A DNA stretch of 64,000 nt from a plasmid. A model generated the notes under the pieces. The model was not told where the DNA came from and ran no database searches. It saw only the letters and a list, made by a program, of their open reading frames with translations. The stretch is from the sequence record CP080654.1, one strand, 5' to 3'. Positions 18,910-33,013 of the stretch are shown piece after piece (within the stretch, counting starts at the first letter, position 1; every line of letters starts with the position of its first letter). The translations under genes were made by a program, and so were the position numbers.

Positions 18910-19185
18910 GTGGCTTCAGTCTCCGTCTGCTGTCCCTCCTGTTCCGCTACTGAAGGCGTGATGCGTAATGGCAAAAGTACTGCCGGGCATCAACGTTATC
19001 TCTGCTCTCACTGCCGTAAAACATGGCAGCTCACCTTCACTTATGCCGCTTCTCAGCCCGGTACACACCAGAAAATCATTGATATGGCTATGAACGGCGT
19101 CGGTTGCCGTGCCACCGCACGACTAATGGGCGTGGGCCTCAACACCATTTTGCGCCATTTAAAAAACTCAGGCCGCAGTCAGTAA
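18910..19185 (+). CDS. insA: IS1 InsA
   Basis: 91 aa, C4 zinc-finger InsA. Confidence 0.9.
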   Translation: MASVSVCCPSCSATEGVMRNGKSTAGHQRYLCSHCRKTWQLTFTYAASQPGTHQKIIDMAMNGVGCRATARLMGVGLNTILRHLKNSGRSQ

Positions 19186-19607
19186 CCTCCCGGATACAGC
19201 CGGGCAGTGATGTCATTGTCTGTGCGGAGATGGACGAGCAATGGGGCTACGTCGGTGCAAAATCACGTCAGCGCTGGCTGTTTTACGCGTATGACAGGAT
19301 ACGCAGGGCGGTGGTAGCCCACGTTTTCGGTGAACGCACTATGGCCACACTGGAGCGTCTTCTGAGCCTGCTGTCAGTTTTTGACGTGGTGGTATGGATG
19401 ACGGACGGCTGGCCGATGTATGAGTCACGTCTGAAGGGAAAACTGCACGTCATCAGTAAGCGTTACACGCAGCGAATTGAGCGACACAACCTGAATCTGA
19501 GACAGCATCTGGCAAGGCTGGGCAGGAAGTCCCTGTCGTTCTCAAAATCGGTGGAGCTGCATGACAAAGTCATCGGGCACTATCTGAACATAAAACACTA
19601 TCAGTAA
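19104..19607 (+). CDS. insB: IS1 InsB (expressed as InsAB' by -1 frameshift)
   Basis: 167-aa ORF in -1 frame relative to insA with A6C slippery region. Confidence 0.85.
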   Translation: MPCHRTTNGRGPQHHFAPFKKLRPQSVTSRIQPGSDVIVCAEMDEQWGYVGAKSRQRWLFYAYDRIRRAVVAHVFGERTMATLERLLSLLSVFDVVVWMTDGWPMYESRLKGKLHVISKRYTQRIERHNLNLRQHLARLGRKSLSFSKSVELHDKVIGHYLNIKHYQ

Positions 19608-19622
19608 ATTGGAGTCATTACC

Positions 19623-19733
19623 GGCTTCGAGAAGCGCGAGGCCGTCGTCACTTTTGACGACACCAAGGCCAGCGTACAGAAGCTGACCAAGGCCACCGCA
19701 GACGCCGGCTATCCGTCCAGCGTCAAGCAGTGA
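19623..19733 (+). pseudogene. merP: merP 3' fragment (last ~36 codons), truncated by IS1
   Basis: Encodes ...TFDDTKASVQKLTKATADAGYPSSVKQ*, the MerP C-terminus, immediately before merC. Confidence 0.75.
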
Positions 19734-19767
19734 GCCAGCAAGCCAACGACAACAGCGAGAGCCGCTT

Positions 19768-20191
19768 CATGGGACTGATGACACGCATTGCCGATAAAAC
19801 CGGCGCGCTCGGCAGCGTCGTTTCCGCGATGGGCTGCGCCGCCTGCTTTCCAGCCCTCGCCAGCTTCGGCGCGGCCATCGGGCTGGGCTTCTTGAGCCAG
19901 TACGAGGGACTGTTCATCAGCCGCCTGCTGCCGCTGTTTGCCGCGCTGGCCTTCCTGGCGAACGCGCTGGGTTGGTTCAGTCATCGGCAATGGCTGCGCA
20001 GTCTGCTCGGCATGATCGGCCCGGCCATCGTGTTTGCGGCCACGGTCTGGCTGCTCGGCAACTGGTGGACGGCGAACCTGATGTACGTCGGCCTGGCCTT
20101 GATGATTGGGGTGTCGATCTGGGACTTCGTGTCGCCGGCGCATCGCCGTTGCGGACCGGACGGCTGCGAACTCCCCGCCAAGCGCTTGTGA
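19768..20191 (+). CDS. merC: Mercury transport protein MerC
   Basis: MGLMTRIADKTGALGSV...GCAAC matches Tn21 MerC. Confidence 0.9.
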
Positions 20192-21937
<1,746 letters not shown>

Positions 21938-21954
21938 GGACAAGGAGGTGTGCG

Positions 21955-22317
21955 ATGAGCGCCTACACGGTATCGCAACTGGCCCATAACGCTGGGGTGA
22001 GCGTACATATCGTGCGCGACTACCTGGTGCGCGGCTTGTTACGGCCGGTGGCCTGCACCACGGGCGGCTACGGCGTGTTCGACGATGCGGCCTTGCAACG
22101 GCTGTGCTTCGTGCGCGCGGCCTTCGAGGCGGGTATCGGCCTGGATGCCCTGGCGCGGCTGTGCCGTGCGCTCGACGCAGCGGACGGCGCACAAGCCGCA
22201 GCGCAGCTTGCCGTGCTGCGCCAGTTGGTCGAGCGGCGGCGCGCGGCGTTGGCCCATCTGGACGCGCAACTGGCCTCCATGCCAGCCGAGCGGGCGCACG
22301 AGGAGGCATTGCCGTGA
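21955..22317 (+). CDS. merD: MerD co-regulator
   Basis: MerR-like HTH, 120 aa, Tn21-type order. Confidence 0.85.
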   Translation: MSAYTVSQLAHNAGVSVHIVRDYLVRGLLRPVACTTGGYGVFDDAALQRLCFVRAAFEAGIGLDALARLCRALDAADGAQAAAQLAVLRQLVERRRAALAHLDAQLASMPAERAHEEALP

Positions 22318-22550
22318 ACGCCCCTGACAAACTGCCGCCCGAGACGCGCCAACCCGTTTCCGGCTACCTGTGGGGTGCGCTGGCCGTGTTGACCTGCCCC
22401 TGCCATCTGCCGATTCTCGCCGCCGTGCTGGCCGGGACGACCGCCGGTGCCTTCCTTGGCGAGCATTGGGGTGTTGCCGCGCTCGCGCTGACCGGCTTGT
22501 TCGTTCTGGCCGTAACGCGGCTGCTGCGCGCCTTCCGGGGCGGATCATGA
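22314..22550 (+). CDS. merE: MerE (GTG start)
   Basis: 78 aa with CPCH motif; overlaps merD stop. Confidence 0.8.
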   Translation: MNAPDKLPPETRQPVSGYLWGALAVLTCPCHLPILAAVLAGTTAGAFLGEHWGVAALALTGLFVLAVTRLLRAFRGGS

Positions 22551-23187
22551 CGAGTTCGCAGCCCGCCGGATGGACGGCGGCCGAGTTGGCGCAGGCGGCG
22601 GCGCGCGGACAGCTTGACCTGCATTACCAGCCGCTGGTCGATCTGCGCGATCACCGGATCGCTGGCGCGGAAGCGTTGATGCGCTGGCGGCATCCGAGGC
22701 TTGGCCTGTTGCCGCCCGGCCAGTTCCTGCCGCTGGCCGAGTCGTTCGGCCTGATGCCGGAAATAGGCGCGTGGGTGCTGGGCGAGGCCTGTCGCCAGAT
22801 GCACAAGTGGCAAGGACCGGCATGGCAACCGTTCCGTCTTGCCATCAATGTGTCCGCCAGCCAGGTTGGGCCAACGTTCGACGACGAGGTAAAGCGGGTG
22901 CTGGCCGATATGGCCCTGCCCGCCGAGCTTCTGGAGATCGAACTGACCGAATCGGTCGCATTCGGCAATCCAGCCCTGTTCGCCAGTTTCGACGCCTTGC
23001 GCGCCATCGGCGTGCGCTTCGCCGCCGACGACTTCGGCACCGGCTATTCCTGCCTGCAACATCTGAAATGCTGCCCCATCACCACATTGAAAATCGACCA
23101 ATCCTTTGTCGCCAGGCTCCCGGATGATGCCCGTGACCAAACTATCGTGCGGGCGGTGATCCAGCTCGCGCACGGGCTGGGCATGGA
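22547..23187 (+). pseudogene. urf2: urf2 (EAL-domain) of the Tn21 mer module, truncated by a class 1 integron IRt
   Basis: EAL domain motifs (ELTE, DDFGTGYS); interrupted at 23188 by TGTCATTTTCAGAAGACGACTGCAC. Confidence 0.75.
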
Positions 23188-23212
23188 TGTCATTTTCAGA
23201 AGACGACTGCAC
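23188..23212 (+). repeat. IRt, the 25-bp terminal inverted repeat of the tni end of a class 1 integron/Tn402
   Basis: Exact match to recalled IRt TGTCATTTTCAGAAGACGACTGCAC. Confidence 0.85.
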
Positions 23213-23328
23213 CAGTTGATTGGGCGTAATGGCTGTTGTGCAGCCAGCTCCTGACAGTTCAATATCAGAAGTGATCTGCACCAATCTCGACTATGCTCAA
23301 TACTCGTGTGCACCAAAGCGAGGTGAGC

Positions 23329-24580
23329 ATGGCGACGGACACCCCACGGATTCCAGAACAAGGCGTGGCCACTCTGCCTGATGAGGCTTGGGAGCGTGCG
23401 CGCCGTCGTGCGGAGATCATCAGTCCGTTGGCGCAGTCGGAGACGGTCGGGCACGAAGCGGCCGATATGGCGGCTCAGGCGCTGGGCTTGTCTCGGCGCC
23501 AGGTATACGTTCTGATCCGGCGTGCCCGGCAAGGCAGCGGCCTCGTGACGGATCTGGTGCCCGGCCAGTCCGGTGGAGGTAAAGGTAAGGGGCGCTTGCC
23601 GGAACCGGTCGAGCGCGTCATCCACGAGCTACTGCAAAAGCGGTTCCTGACCAAGCAGAAGCGCAGCCTAGCGGCCTTTCACCGCGAAGTCACTCAGGTG
23701 TGCAAGGCTCAAAAACTGCGAGTGCCGGCGCGCAATACCGTGGCCTTACGGATCGCTAGCCTTGACCCGCGCAAGGTCATCCGCCGGCGGGAAGGCCAGG
23801 ATGCCGCTCGTGACCTACAAGGTGTGGGCGGCGAGCCTCCTGCCGTGACCGCGCCGCTGGAGCAGGTGCAGATAGACCATACGGTCATCGACCTGATCGT
23901 GGTCGATGACCGCGACCGGCAACCTATTGGCCGCCCGTACCTGACCCTCGCCATCGACGTGTTCACCCGCTGCGTGCTCGGCATGGTCGTCACGCTGGAA
24001 GCGCCGTCTGCCGTTTCGGTTGGCCTGTGCCTCGTGCATGTCGCCTGCGACAAGCGCCCTTGGCTGGAAGGACTGAACGTGGAAATGGATTGGCAGATGA
24101 GCGGCAAGCCCTTGCTGCTCTACCTAGACAACGCGGCCGAGTTCAAGAGCGAGGCCCTGCGCCGGGGTTGCGAGCAGCATGGCATCCGGCTGGACTATCG
24201 CCCGCTGGGACAGCCGCACTATGGCGGCATCGTGGAACGGATCATCGGCACGGCGATGCAGATGATTCACGACGAACTGCCGGGAACGACCTTCTCCAAC
24301 CCTGACCAGCGCGGCGACTACGATTCCGAAAACAAGGCCGCCCTGACGCTGCGCGAGCTAGAGCGCTGGCTCACATTGGCGGTCGGCACCTACCACGGTT
24401 CGGTGCACAACGGCCTGCTCCAACCGCCGGCCGCGCGCTGGGCCGAGGCCGTGGCGCGTGTCGGCGTACCGGCCGTCGTCACACGCGCTACTTCGTTCCT
24501 GGTCGATTTTCTGCCGATCCTCCGGCGCACGCTGACCCGCACCGGCTTTGTCATCGACCACATCCACTACTACGCCGATG
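23329..24580 (+). pseudogene. tniA: tniA-delta (Tn402-type transposase, first ~417 of 559 codons), truncated by IS26
   Basis: MATDTPRIPEQGVATLPDEAWERARRR... matches TniA; ends at the IS26 IR GGCACTGTTGCAAA. Confidence 0.85.
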
Positions 24581-25017
24581 GGCACTGTTGCAAATAGTCG
24601 GTGGTGATAAACTTATCATCCCCTTTTGCTGATGGAGCTGCACATGAACCCATTCAAAGGCCGGCATTTTCAGCGTGACATCATTCTGTGGGCCGTACGC
24701 TGGTACTGCAAATACGGCATCAGTTACCGTGAGCTGCAGGAGATGCTGGCTGAACGCGGAGTGAATGTCGATCACTCCACGATTTACCGCTGGGTTCAGC
24801 GTTATGCGCCTGAAATGGAAAAACGGCTGCGCTGGTACTGGCGTAACCCTTCCGATCTTTGCCCGTGGCACATGGATGAAACCTACGTGAAGGTCAATGG
24901 CCGCTGGGCGTATCTGTACCGGGCCGTCGACAGCCGGGGCCGCACTGTCGATTTTTATCTCTCCTCCCGTCGTAACAGCAAAGCTGCATACCGGTTTCTG
25001 GGTAAAATCCTCAACAA
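24581..25017 (+). mobile_element. IS26 5' fragment (437 bp) truncated by a Tn3 38-bp IR
   Basis: IS26 IRL GGCACTGTTGCAAATAGTCGGTGG; tnpA 24644 onward reads ...RFLGKILN then enters GGGGTCTGACGCTCAGTGG. Confidence 0.85.
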
Positions 25018-25055
25018 GGGGTCTGACGCTCAGTGGAACGAAAACTCACGTTAAG
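25018..25055 (+). repeat. Tn3/Tn1331 38-bp terminal inverted repeat (bla end)
   Basis: GGGGTCTGACGCTCAGTGGAACGAAAACTCACGTTAAG. Confidence 0.9.
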
Positions 25056-25164
25056 GGATTTTGGTCATGAGATTATCAAAAAGGATCTTCACCTAGATCC
25101 TTTTAAATTAAAAATGAAGTTTTAAATCAATCTAAAGTATATATGAGTAAACTTGGTCTGACAG

Positions 25165-26037
<873 letters not shown>

Positions 26038-26207
26038 TCAATATTATTGAAGCATTTATCAGGGTTATTGTCTCATGAGCGGATACATATTTGAATGTAT
26101 TTAGAAAAATAAACAAATAGGGGTTCCGCGCACATTTCCCCGAAAAGTGCCACCTGACGTCTAAGAAACCATTATTATCATGACATTAACCTATAAAAAT
26201 AGGCGTA

Positions 26208-26525
<318 letters not shown>

Positions 26526-26526
26526 T

Positions 26527-26724
26527 CATGATATATCTCCCAATTTGTGTAGGGCTTATTATGCACGCTTAAAAATAATAAAAGCAGACTTGACCTGATA
26601 GTTTGGCTGTGAGCAATTATGTGCTTAGTGCATCTAACGTTCAAGGTGAGCGGACTCGCGCGGCTTTATGCGCGAGGTCCGCTCGAGCGCAGGGTTATGC
26701 ATCTGCTCTCGATGACGCCACATA
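26527..26724 (-). other. Class 1 integron 3'-CS start fragment (qacE reduced to 4 codons) plus blaOXA-9 attC
   Basis: rc reads GTTAGATGCACTAAGCACATAATTGCTCACAGCCAAACTATCAGGTCAAGTCTGCTTTTATTATTTTTAAGCGTGCATAATAAGCCCTACACAAATTGGGAGATATATCATGAAAAGAGTTTGA. Confidence 0.7.
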
Positions 26725-27564
26725 TCATTTGTTACCCATCAACACGGGTAATTCCACGAGAATATCCTCTCGTGCTTTAGACCCGCCGGGAATATCGGAC
26801 TTTTCCTTTCCTATTTCCAATCGGGCGAAAACAACTTGCCGTCCGTTTTTTTCAGCCCAGCCCACGAACCAGCCCTGCGGACGACTTTCATTTATCTTGC
26901 CGTTATTGTCCCGAAGCCAGCCGCTGCCGCTTTTTCCATGTACAGCCCATCCTTCGGCTGCCTGGTACTGCGGGATTGTGGCATACGCCATGTCATAAGC
27001 CGCTTCGGATACAGGCAGCTTATGCGCGACAAAGCGTAGAAGAAACTGAATTTGCTCCTTGGGAGATATGGTGAGCGACGACATCAGCCATGACTGGGTC
27101 AAGCCGTTATGCTTCCCCGAGTCACCGGAAACATCTTGATTACCGTACTCAAATTTCTTTACGTATTCCGTGAACCGATCAACTCCCAGACGGCTTGTTA
27201 ATTGCTGCGAGAACTAGACAACAGAGTCGCTTTGCCATAGCGCCGGATAGACTTGTTTGTATGTGCGATCTCTCGGAGACGGGTTGTATTCCGGCTTCAA
27301 TTCCCACGTAGGTGATTTTGGCGACTGCAAGATTCCACTATCAAACCCCATGATTGCCAATGGAAGTTTAAAAGACGAGCACGGAGACACACGACGGGCA
27401 CATTCTCCGGTCTCATATAAGGTATTTCCGGTAATGGCGTCTGCGATGATGGTGCATTTAAGCGTTTCAACCTCATCAGAAGCCACGGAACTGATTGGGA
27501 GAGTGGCGGAAACGAACACCAACATATGCAGCAGCAAAATTTTTTTCATCAAGGTATCCTTCAT
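26725..27564 (-). pseudogene. blaOXA-9: blaOXA-9 with in-frame TAG (Trp to stop)
   Basis: Full OXA-9 sequence, but ...QSDSVV-TAG-FSQQLTSRLGVDRFTEY; stop at ~27217-27219 where TGG is expected; ORF track shows two pieces. Confidence 0.85.
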
Positions 27565-27608
27565 TGCTCCGCTGTGCGCTTAATAGGTGCATAACTTTGT
27601 TTTAGACA

Positions 27609-27716
27609 TTATTTGCCGACTACCTTGGTGATCTCGCCTTTCACGTAGTGAACAAATTCTTCCAACTGATCTGCGCGCGAGGCCAAGCGATCTTCTTGTC
27701 CAAGATAAGCCTGCCT
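27609..27716 (-). pseudogene. aadA1: aadA1 3' fragment (last 36 codons) truncated by IS26
   Basis: Encodes ...AGLSWTRRSLGLARADQLEEFVHYVKGEITKVVGK*. Confidence 0.75.
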
Positions 27717-28536
27717 GGCACTGTTGCAAAGTTAGCGATGAGGCAGCCTTTTGTCTTATTCAAAGGCCTTACATTTCAAAAACTCTGCTTACCAGGCGCA
27801 TTTCGCCCAGGGGATCACCATAATAAAATGCTGAGGCCTGGCCTTTGCGTAGTGCACGCATCACCTCAATACCTTTGATGGTGGCGTAAGCCGTCTTCAT
27901 GGATTTAAATCCCAGCGTGGCGCCGATTATCCGTTTCAGTTTGCCATGATCGCATTCAATCACGTTGTTCCGGTACTTAATCTGTCGGTGTTCAACGTCA
28001 GACGGGCACCGGCCTTCGCGTTTGAGCAGAGCAAGCGCGCGACCATAGGCGGGCGCTTTATCCGTGTTGATGAATCGCGGGATCTGCCACTTCTTCACGT
28101 TGTTGAGGATTTTACCCAGAAACCGGTATGCAGCTTTGCTGTTACGACGGGAGGAGAGATAAAAATCGACAGTGCGGCCCCGGCTGTCGACGGCCCGGTA
28201 CAGATACGCCCAGCGGCCATTGACCTTCACGTAGGTTTCATCCATGTGCCACGGGCAAAGATCGGAAGGGTTACGCCAGTACCAGCGCAGCCGTTTTTCC
28301 ATTTCAGGCGCATAACGCTGAACCCAGCGGTAAATCGTGGAGTGATCGACATTCACTCCGCGTTCAGCCAGCATCTCCTGCAGCTCACGGTAACTGATGC
28401 CGTATTTGCAGTACCAGCGTACGGCCCACAGAATGATGTCACGCTGAAAATGCCGGCCTTTGAATGGGTTCATGTGCAGCTCCATCAGCAAAAGGGGATG
28501 ATAAGTTTATCACCACCGACTATTTGCAACAGTGCC
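27717..28536 (-). mobile_element. IS26 (820 bp, complete)
   Basis: 14-bp IRs GGCACTGTTGCAAA at both ends. Confidence 0.95.
27769..28473 (-). CDS. tnpA: IS26 transposase Tnp26
   Basis: 234 aa MNPFKGRHFQRDIILWAVRWY... Confidence 0.95.
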   Translation of the reverse strand: MNPFKGRHFQRDIILWAVRWYCKYGISYRELQEMLAERGVNVDHSTIYRWVQRYAPEMEKRLRWYWRNPSDLCPWHMDETYVKVNGRWAYLYRAVDSRGRTVDFYLSSRRNSKAAYRFLGKILNNVKKWQIPRFINTDKAPAYGRALALLKREGRCPSDVEHRQIKYRNNVIECDHGKLKRIIGATLGFKSMKTAYATIKGIEVMRALRKGQASAFYYGDPLGEMRLVSRVFEM

Positions 28537-28545
28537 CGAATTTGT

Positions 28546-31443
28546 ATGTCACGACGCCATATTTTCACCGAACGGCAGCGAGCAGCGCTGTTCGATCTGC
28601 CCACGGACGAACTGTCGCTACTGAAGTTCTACACGCTGGGCGATGATGACCTGGAAAACATTAGGCAGCGCCGCAGACCGGAAAACAGGATTGGCTTTGC
28701 CCTGCAACTTTGTGCCTTACGATATCCGGGCCGTGCACTGGCTCCTGGTGAGATGATCCCGCGTGAAGTCCTTTCCTTCGTCGGTGCTCAGCTTGGAGTT
28801 CCGGCTGATGCGCTTCTCACTTATGCCACACGGCGCCAAACCCGTCAGCAGCACATGGACACGCTGCGCGAAATTTACGGCTACAAGACCTTCACGGGCC
28901 GTGGTGCCCGTGATCTGCGGGAGTGGACTTTCGGCCAGGCCGAAGATGCCAGATCAAACGAGGATCTTGCTCATCGTTTTATTGTGCGGTGTCGGGAAAC
29001 TTCCACCATTCTGCCCGCAGTATCGACAATCGAGCGCTTGTGCGCGGATGCTCTGGTCGCCGCTGAGTGGCGGATTGAAACGCGGATTGCGGAAAATTTA
29101 ACAGCGGATGTTCGCGATCACCTGGACAAACTTCTGAGTGAAATGCTCGCCGGCAATATCAGTCGTTTCATCTGGCTTCGCAACTTCGAGGTTGGTAACA
29201 ACTCGGCTGCTGCTAACCGTTTGCTCGACAGGCTCGAATTTCTGCGTACCCTGAATATCAATCATAGTGCTTTGGCCAGCATACCTGCCCATCGCATTGC
29301 CCGGCTGCGTCGGCAGGGTGAACGCTACTTCACCGACGGTTTGCGTGACATCACTTCGGACCGCCGCTGGGCGATCCTTGCCGTCTGTGTTGTGGAGTGG
29401 GAAGCGGCGATTGCTGATGCCATAGTCGAAACCCATGACAGGATCGTAGGAAAAACCTGGCGGGAAGCGAAGCGCCAGCATGACGAAACAATTTCCGGCT
29501 CTAAAGCCACACTCACGGATACGATCCGTACCTTCACCGCGCTGGGAGCTTCGTTGCTTGAGGCCCGCAGTGACGGAACCCCGCTGGAGATGGCTGTCGC
29601 CAGTTCGGTTGCATGGGACCGGCTCGCTCAACTGGTAGCGACAGGGACTCAACTCAGCAACACGCTAGCCGATGAGCCTCTTGCATATGTCGGGCAGGGA
29701 TACCATCGCTTTCGTCGTTATGCGCCCCGCATGTTGCGCTGTCTGAAGCTCGAAGCCGCGCCGGTCGCCGGACCATTGGTAGCAGCAGCTTTGTCGATCG
29801 GAGAGATGAAAGGTGTTGCATCGCCAGAAAGGCGTTTCCTGCGGCCCAGCTCCAAATGGAACCGTCATTTACGAGCTCAGGAAAAAGGAGATACCCGTCT
29901 TTGGGAAGTGGCGGTACTCTTTCACCTCCGGGATGCTTTTCGTTCCGGAGATGTCTGGCTCGCTCATTCGCGCCGCTATGGTGACCTCAAGCAGGTACTG
30001 GTGCCGATGATCGCGGCGCAGGAAAATGCAAAACTGGCCGTGCCTTCCAACCCACAGGATTGGCTGGCAGACAGAAAGGCGCGACTCACGATCGCTCTTA
30101 AGCGGCTGGCCCGGGCTGCCCGTAACGGCACTATTCCGCACGGTAGCATAGAAGATGGAACGTTGCGGATCGACAGGTTGACAGCAGACGTGCCGGATGG
30201 TGCCGAGGCACTCATACTGGATCTGTATCGCCGAATGCCGTCCGTTCGGATTACCGACATGCTGCTTGAAGTTGATGCAGCCCTTGGTTTCACAGATGCG
30301 TTTACCCATCTGAGAACCGGGGCTCCATGTCGCGACCGGATCGGTCTGCTCAACGTCCTGCTCGCTGAAGGGCTCAATCTGGGCCTGCGTAAGATGGCGG
30401 AAGCTACAAACACGCATGATTACTGGCAGCTCTCACGCCTTGCCCGCTGGCATGTTGAAAGCGAAGCCATGAACCAGGCATTGGCAATTGTGGTGGCCGC
30501 GCAGGGTAAACTGCCGATGTCACGCGTCTGGGGGATGGGCACGTCAGCATCGAGCGATGGTCAGTTTTTCCCGACAGCGCGGCATGGCGAAGTCATGAAC
30601 ATGGTCAATGCCAAATATGGTTCTGTTCCCGGCCTCAAAGCGTATACTCACGTAAGCGACCAGTTCGCGCCATTCGCTTGTCAGTCGATCCCGGCGACCG
30701 TGAGCGAGGCACCGTATATTCTCGATGGACTACTGATGAACGAGGTCGGTCGCCATGTTCGCGAACAGTATGCCGATACAGCAGGATTCACCGACCATTT
30801 GTTCGGAGCCAGTAGCCTGCTCGGCTACAATCTCGTTCTGCGAATCAGGGATCTGCCATCGAAGCGGTTGTACGTATTTAATCCCGATACGACCCCCAGG
30901 GAGTTACGCAAGTTGGTAGGTGGAAAAGCCCGGGAGGATCTTATCGTTGCGAACTGGCCTGATATTTTCCGTTGTGCCGCGACGATGACCGCTGGCAAAA
31001 TCAGGCCCAGCCAACTCCTGCGCAAGCTCGCTTCTTACCCACGACAAAACAACCTTGCAGTTGCGCTTCGTGAAGTTGGTCGTATTGAACGGACCCTTTT
31101 CATTATTGAGTGGATCCTGGATACGGACATGCAGCGGCGTGCTCAGATCGGTCTTAACAAGGGAGAGGCCCACCATGCGCTCAAAAATGCGCTCCGTATC
31201 GGGAGGCAGGGGGAAATTCGCGATCGCACGACAGAGGGGCAGCACTACCGAATCGCTGGGCTCAATTTATTGACTGCGGTGATCATTTACTGGAATACCG
31301 TCCATCTTGGTCATGCCGTCACGGAGCGGCGGAACGAAGGGTTGGATGTTCCCCCTGAATTTCTTCCCCACATATCCCCATTGGGCTGGGCGCACATTCT
31401 ACTGACTGGCGAATATCTTTGGCCCAAGGAACCGAAAGCTTAG
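28546..31443 (+). CDS. tnpA: Tn3-family transposase TnpA (Tn5403-like); its IR removed by IS26 9 bp upstream
   Basis: 965 aa; MSRRHIFTERQRAALFDLPTDE... aligns to the Tn3 TnpA N-terminus; C-terminal ...SPLGWAHILLTGEYLW. Confidence 0.85.
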   Translation: MSRRHIFTERQRAALFDLPTDELSLLKFYTLGDDDLENIRQRRRPENRIGFALQLCALRYPGRALAPGEMIPREVLSFVGAQLGVPADALLTYATRRQTRQQHMDTLREIYGYKTFTGRGARDLREWTFGQAEDARSNEDLAHRFIVRCRETSTILPAVSTIERLCADALVAAEWRIETRIAENLTADVRDHLDKLLSEMLAGNISRFIWLRNFEVGNNSAAANRLLDRLEFLRTLNINHSALASIPAHRIARLRRQGERYFTDGLRDITSDRRWAILAVCVVEWEAAIADAIVETHDRIVGKTWREAKRQHDETISGSKATLTDTIRTFTALGASLLEARSDGTPLEMAVASSVAWDRLAQLVATGTQLSNTLADEPLAYVGQGYHRFRRYAPRMLRCLKLEAAPVAGPLVAAALSIGEMKGVASPERRFLRPSSKWNRHLRAQEKGDTRLWEVAVLFHLRDAFRSGDVWLAHSRRYGDLKQVLVPMIAAQENAKLAVPSNPQDWLADRKARLTIALKRLARAARNGTIPHGSIEDGTLRIDRLTADVPDGAEALILDLYRRMPSVRITDMLLEVDAALGFTDAFTHLRTGAPCRDRIGLLNVLLAEGLNLGLRKMAEATNTHDYWQLSRLARWHVESEAMNQALAIVVAAQGKLPMSRVWGMGTSASSDGQFFPTARHGEVMNMVNAKYGSVPGLKAYTHVSDQFAPFACQSIPATVSEAPYILDGLLMNEVGRHVREQYADTAGFTDHLFGASSLLGYNLVLRIRDLPSKRLYVFNPDTTPRELRKLVGGKAREDLIVANWPDIFRCAATMTAGKIRPSQLLRKLASYPRQNNLAVALREVGRIERTLFIIEWILDTDMQRRAQIGLNKGEAHHALKNALRIGRQGEIRDRTTEGQHYRIAGLNLLTAVIIYWNTVHLGHAVTERRNEGLDVPPEFLPHISPLGWAHILLTGEYLWPKEPKA

Positions 31444-31531
31444 GGTGTCATTTCGCCCTCAGCCGGAACCGACCCCTTTAAGTGATACCATTTTAAGCAG
31501 TACCACTTAAATGTTACCATCAGGACAAAAA
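31444..31531 (+). promoter_or_regulatory. Probable res site between tnpA and tnpR
   Basis: Position only; short AT-rich intergenic region. Confidence 0.3.
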
Positions 31532-32152
31532 ATGTTCGTTTTTGGTTACCTCCGGGCATCAACATCAGAGCAGGATGCCAGCCGGGCAAAAAATGCACTG
31601 AAGGCATTTGCAAACCAACATGGCCACCGTATTGCTGGCTGGTATATCGATAATGTCTCCGGTACGACAATGAACCGCCCTGAACTGATCAGGCTTCTTG
31701 GTGATGCGGAACCTGGTGATGTGATCCTCATTGAACAGGTCGACAGGCTTACTCGCCTCGATGATGCTGGCTGGGAGACACTAAGAAAGCAAATTACCGA
31801 CAAGCAGCTGGCCATCGTCAGTCTTGATCTACCGACCAGCCATCTGGCGCTATCCAGCACAGTAAGTGATGACTTTACCCGAAGCATGCTGAAGGCCGTA
31901 AATGGAATGCTGCTGGATATGCTGGCCGCTATTGCCCGAAAAGATTACGAAGATCGTCGACGTCGTCAGTCAGAGGGAATCAGTAAGGCGAAAGCTGAAG
32001 GGAAATACCGGGGCCGGGTGGCTGATGCGCAGAAACATGAACTGATACGTACCCTGCGCCTGGTCAACGGAAAATCGCTGCGCGAAACAGCTCGCCTGGC
32101 TGGCGTTTCTAAAATGACAGTGATTCGGGTCTGCTCCAGCGCTGATAAATAA
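31532..32152 (+). CDS. tnpR: Serine resolvase TnpR (Tn5403-like)
   Basis: 206 aa; N-terminal catalytic YLRASTSEQD, C-terminal HTH. Confidence 0.85.
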   Translation: MFVFGYLRASTSEQDASRAKNALKAFANQHGHRIAGWYIDNVSGTTMNRPELIRLLGDAEPGDVILIEQVDRLTRLDDAGWETLRKQITDKQLAIVSLDLPTSHLALSSTVSDDFTRSMLKAVNGMLLDMLAAIARKDYEDRRRRQSEGISKAKAEGKYRGRVADAQKHELIRTLRLVNGKSLRETARLAGVSKMTVIRVCSSADK

Positions 32153-32250
32153 CACTTACATCGGGTAGAATTCGTTTGTCCGGTATCAGTATCAGTGATT
32201 ATCTGAGACAGAGCGGGACTGGCCGAACGACTGAAAGGCATTTGTGATCT

Positions 32251-32661
32251 ATGAAAATTAATTTATACGGGGAAGGTATGAAAACAGTGTCAGGAGTGTT
32301 GGTGTATCTCGCGGTATGTTTTCTGGTATTTACAGCATGGCTGATCTGCTTTGCGCAGCACGCTCCGTTTCCGGGAGGCGAACAAGCTTTGACTTTAACT
32401 TATCTACTTAATGTATTCTTCGTATATTTTTTGATGGTACCCTTTATCCACTTCTTTCAGGTAGAGACATATTACAAAGCTTTGATGGGCCTAGCTGATG
32501 GTACTGAACATATAATACAGTTCTATGAGGAAGTGCCTGTCATGTTGATATACCTTTTATCCGCAGGTTTAACTTTGTTCTTTTATTTCATACCCTTAAA
32601 ACTTTTCTTTAATAAAAAATTAAAATTACAATTACAGCAAAAACAAAGGAAAGATATTTAG
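32251..32661 (+). CDS. Hypothetical multi-pass membrane protein, AT-rich
   Basis: 136 aa with 4 hydrophobic segments; low GC. Confidence 0.4.
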   Translation: MKINLYGEGMKTVSGVLVYLAVCFLVFTAWLICFAQHAPFPGGEQALTLTYLLNVFFVYFLMVPFIHFFQVETYYKALMGLADGTEHIIQFYEEVPVMLIYLLSAGLTLFFYFIPLKLFFNKKLKLQLQQKQRKDI

Positions 32662-33013
32662 ACGGCTAATACCTGAGATGAATAAGTCAACAACCAACGG
32701 ATATCCGTCAACGAGATCAGTTTAACCAATTTATTGAACACTCATAACCCAAATAATCATGCGACTGCGCGCTGCCACGGAAACGCGTAAAAATCAGAAC
32801 TGAAAGAGGGAAGACGGATGACGGACCAGAAACACAATGATGCCTATTCGCGCTGGTTAATTGAATAGGCAGACAGAGAAGAAAAGGAAGAATTCTCGCG
32901 TTCGTTCAGCAGACTGAAATGCATCCTGTTAAATATCGTGGTGTTCGGTATCATTTCACTGGGCGTTTGCCTGGCTGTTCAGCAGGTGACGCATTGACAT
33001 CCACCCCGGCACA

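Larger units (their letters stand above)
18855..19622 (+). mobile_element. IS1 (768 bp)
   Basis: Terminal repeats GGTGATGCTACCAACTT... / ...GGAGTCATTACC; insA/insB organisation; no 9-bp target duplication. Confidence 0.9.
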
